DNA of 47,384 bases from Perkinsus chesapeaki ATCC PRA-425 (lineage: Eukaryota; Protista; Perkinsozoa): contig JAAPAO010000247.1 in assembly GCA_013115145.1 (NCBI GenBank), positions 1 to 47,384 of the forward strand. The letters are read 5' to 3'. Within the stretch, counting starts at the first letter, position 1, and every line of letters begins with the position of its first letter. Shown here piece after piece: positions 43,859-47,384 of the stretch. Made by a program: the position numbers and the translations under genes. A model generated the notes under the pieces. The model saw only the letters and a program-made list of their open reading frames with translations. It was not told the origin of the DNA and ran no database searches.

Positions 43859-46569
43859 ATGTCACCCCGGCTCGCACGTTGGCCGGGGATGAGCTTGGCA
43901 GGCCTGGCGGCTGCCATGGTAACTGTTACTGGAGTCTACATGGGGTCCGACATAAAGCGACGAGAAGCTTGTAAGGAATCGGCGCTGAGCGGGTGATGAT
44001 GGTCATGACTGCAGGCGCGGCGTGGTTCCATTCGTTGACGAGAGGCGCTGCACTCGTTAGACTGGTTAACCAACAACAAAAAGAAACAGCGAGCTTGGCT
44101 GCATCTAGAGGAGACCCGATTAAGGAAGGCCTTCTGGCAGGCGTCACGCGCCTCATAATTCAGTCAGCTGCCGGCATGGAAGTCCTCGCGCCGTAAGGTA
44201 TCGCGTCGCTCGGCGCTCAAGGCTCCCTCAGGACCGTCCAACTCCAACTGGCCAGCGACCAATCGTTCCTATCCTTCCTGTGGGCATGTGGTGCCTACGA
44301 CGTACTGGCGCGGCTTTTGGCAGCTGTGCCGCCCAGGACGGTAATCTTGCGTATCGAGTTTTGCTGTAGTGAAGATCTTCAGGGAGTTGACATCGTATCG
44401 ACGGCACCTTCGACTACATCGCTTTTGTCTTTCTGCGAGCACTTTGTACAGGGCTCGGGTTCTAACCTCAAGTACGTCTCGTCGGAGGAATTGTGTGCTG
44501 CTGTCTCCCTTTTAGGTGCCTCTGTGCTGCCCTAGACTTGTTTCTGCCTGTTGACTTTCCGGTTCTGCGTCCAGTGGCGGATTGCCAATCATCTATCCAA
44601 CAGGACCGAACGGAGGCTTTGGATCTTCTTCAAAGATCCGGTGATGACACAACGGCGCGGTTATGTTCTAGATATGTGCTGACTAAAACCGCAAGGGAGA
44701 TGCGCGGCCGAAAGTAAGCTGGCGCACCAATCTCTGATGAAAGTTCGTTTTAGGTTTCAAGTATCTTCCCGTCCGGATGCGAAGGTCAGTTCCACTGAGA
44801 AACTTTTGTGGTTGCGGGAGGTCGAGTGCTGGTTGGCTGGCATTGACGGAAGTGACGTTCCAAACGATTTTTCAAATGGGCTCATCAAGGCCTTCCTCCC
44901 AGTCAACCGTTCTCTTACGATCTCTATTCTGACACTTCTAGCCATCCAAGGCCGCCTTAAGATGTCCGACAAGGAGGCTGAGTTGCTCACAGAAGAGGAG
45001 CGCCTTTCGATCTGGTCGAAGGCCAGCAACGTCCTCGAGATGCCCAACTCTGTTTTGGCTGCCTTGTTGTCCAACCCTACAGGCTGGTCTCTTGTGAACC
45101 GGTGGATAAACGCTGTGCCTCTCGATGACAAAAGAGTTGACGCTTTACTAACAGACGTGATAGCCGTCGGCGAGGACTACCTCGGCGTTACAGATTATGA
45201 ATTGTTCGCCAAAACTGAGCTTCAAGCCGACTCCCCCCTTCGAATGGCCGATGATATGACACTCGTTGTGACCGAACCAACCGATAAGCTCCCTCTATCA
45301 GTGCTGACTCAAGAAGAGCTGATCGGACGTCTCTCCATCCTGGCGGAGCTCGCTACATCTCGGCCGAAATCTAGAGCGTTGGTCGGCGAAGCATTGGGGG
45401 CTATGTGCTTGCCTTTATGTATGCGACTTCTTCCAGAAGGAAAAGGACTGGTTGCGAAATGCGCAGCGAATATAGTCGAACTCCTGCCACCCACAAGTCG
45501 GTACGTTCCCGACCAACCGCCGTCTGAGATCGATGACGTCATGGAAGGTGTAGAGGCCTATTATGAGCTTCGTCGGTTGCGCGAGAACATTTCGGCGAAG
45601 AGGATCATAGGGGCTCCACAGTACGTTGAAGGTGTTCTACCACTAGTCGGTGAACGTAGCTCAACCGACTATGACATAGTTTTCGTGCATGGCCTACAAG
45701 GTGGCCTCTACACATGGCGAGAGGAGCCACCATGGATGAGGGAATTGCGGGCCAAGCAAGTGAAAACTGAGGACACAACTGCCGAGTCAGGTCCACAGTT
45801 CCACTGGCCATGGTCTTCATCGGCCAAAGCTGAAGAAACAGATAGCCGCGAGTGGAAGGACTGGCATAAGCCTGTCCTTTGGCCAGTTAACGATCTCTCT
45901 CCACTGTTTCCCCGCGCAAGCATGTTTGCTTTCTCTTACGATGCTCCCGTATTCTCGTTCATGCTCAAAGGGCCGTACGTTCAGAAGACCTATCCAACGA
46001 CCCTCCAGGACATCTCCGACTTGCTGGTCAGTGGCCTGGCTCGTGCTGGAATCGGCCGTAGCGGCAGACCGGTCGTGTTCGTGGCACACTCTCTTGGAGG
46101 ACTAATTGTCGAGGCCGCTCTATTGAAGGATGAAGACCTCCAGAAATCGACCCGAGCCATTTGCTTTTATGCAACTCCACACGGCGGCTCGCCTCTTGCC
46201 TTGAAAAGCGATCGAGTTGTACTATCGATGCTCTTCCCAGAATTCGTTCGCGAGCTCTCACCGAACAGCGAGTGGCTGAAGAAGCTGAATGAGAAGTTTA
46301 CTCAACATGACTGGAGTCATATTGACGTGCTATCCATAGCAGAATCTGCCGTCACTTCGGTCGGTGGTGGTGTTAAAGTAAAGATGGTTCCTCGAGAGAG
46401 CGCTGCCTTAATCCACATGGGAGAGTTCGTCGATGCCCCTCCCGGAATTGGCCACATTGGAGTTTGCAAGGTTAATGCTTCAGATTTGGAGCATGATGTC
46501 CGATTCACCAAACTGGTCGAGTTGTTGCGGCGGTTCGAACATCGGGTGATTTATTCTAAGCCAGAATAA
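43859..46569 (+). CDS. SERAC1: SERAC1-like serine lipase/hydrolase with an N-terminal hydrophobic anchor and helical region
   Basis: Start MSPRLARWPGMSLAGLAAAMVTVTGVY, several short exons, then the long exon about 44753-46569 with DIVFVHGLQG, FAFSYD, VFVAHSLGGL (nucleophile elbow), FYATPHGGS and GHIGVCK. Confidence 0.8.
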
Positions 46570-47384
46570 ACCTTCTTGGTGTATAAGTTTGTGTTCAGTG
46601 TACTATGCGACCATTATGCACAGTAATTTCGATCTGTAAGTTTTGAGTAGTAAATCGAGATCTCTGGAAAAATGCGAGCCTGTGACATGCAACGATGCAG
46701 GAAGAGACTAACTTATTTGTCCCTGACAACTTCCACGAAACACGAGTTACACAGGATTGTGAATAAGCCTCTACTGCGACCGTTGCTGGTATCGTTTTTT
46801 AAACGCCTGAAGAGCCAAAAGACGTGAGATACGTCAAATACCGTACAAGATCACGGATTCTACTGTTCTTTTGCCTTCGAGGATGACTCGCTATTTAACC
46901 GACAGATGCGCTCAAAAAGTCCGATATATGATAGAGGTGGTTACTTGGCTTACTTCAAGGGAGGATAGTCTACAAACCGGCCCTTGAACTGTTCGGGTGT
47001 TTCCTTAGGATCCATAGTTAACACAACAGTTAGGAATATGTACCCAACAGTAATAATAAGTGACAACAGCAATAACTGGACAATTAGCTAAGGGGACAGT
47101 TATTGTGCAACTAGAAATATAGAAGTGTGCAAGTGTATGTCTGGGAAATGCTTACAGAAACCGAAGTTCCGCATAAAATAGAAGTAGCCAGGCAAGAGGG
47201 AAAATGGAAAATGCTTGTGACTCCGAGGCTCAGAGTCCGACCTAATAATAATCACAGCCTCCTACAGTGGGCAGTAGGGTAGAACGTCTTAAAGCATGTA
47301 TATGGAAAAGTTACTAGTATGGTGCCTCCTTGCGTACGCATCTACAATAAGCTTCATCTTGATTATAAGGATCATCGAATACAG

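Noticed and set aside
1-47384. An intact hAT transposon or MITE responsible for the scars
   Set aside because: No transposase ORF and no terminal inverted repeat pair flanked by an 8-bp direct repeat was found by eye; the element, if real, lies elsewhere or is extinct.

Overview
Gene-dense eukaryotic genomic DNA with many short GT-AG introns. The gene content and intron style suggest an alveolate, probably Perkinsus-like (inference). About 15 protein-coding genes can be supported. In order they are: partial alpha/beta hydrolase, malate dehydrogenase, possible TraB-domain protein, two hypothetical/low-complexity genes, a weak Trp-rich hypothetical, RRM protein, GNAT acetyltransferase (-), ERGIC3/Erv46-like, secreted beta-propeller-like, LURP-one/Tubby-C-like (-), M1 aminopeptidase, EndoG/EXOG-like nuclease, CDC123, PKA regulatory subunit and SERAC1-like lipase. 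The window also holds four minisatellites, one assembly gap and two displaced fragments of the RRM locus. No rRNA, tRNA, CRISPR array or transposase was recognised. The strongest unexplained signal is a 22-bp architecture with no shared sequence: bases 1-7 of an 8-mer, then the full reverse complement of that 8-mer, then bases 2-8. It occurs 11 times perfectly and at least twice with one mismatch, and 9 of these 13 lie in 1.5 kb between the nuclease and CDC123 genes. This matches the product expected when a hAT-type transposon with an 8-bp target-site duplication excises through flank hairpins that are rejoined by microhomology. The window therefore appears to hold a dense record of transposon excision scars without the element itself. 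Secondary highlights are an MDH with an NADP-type cofactor loop and a nuclease with EXOG-like hallmarks in a protist. All exon structures and protein family calls were made by eye and from memory of the families; no database was searched.
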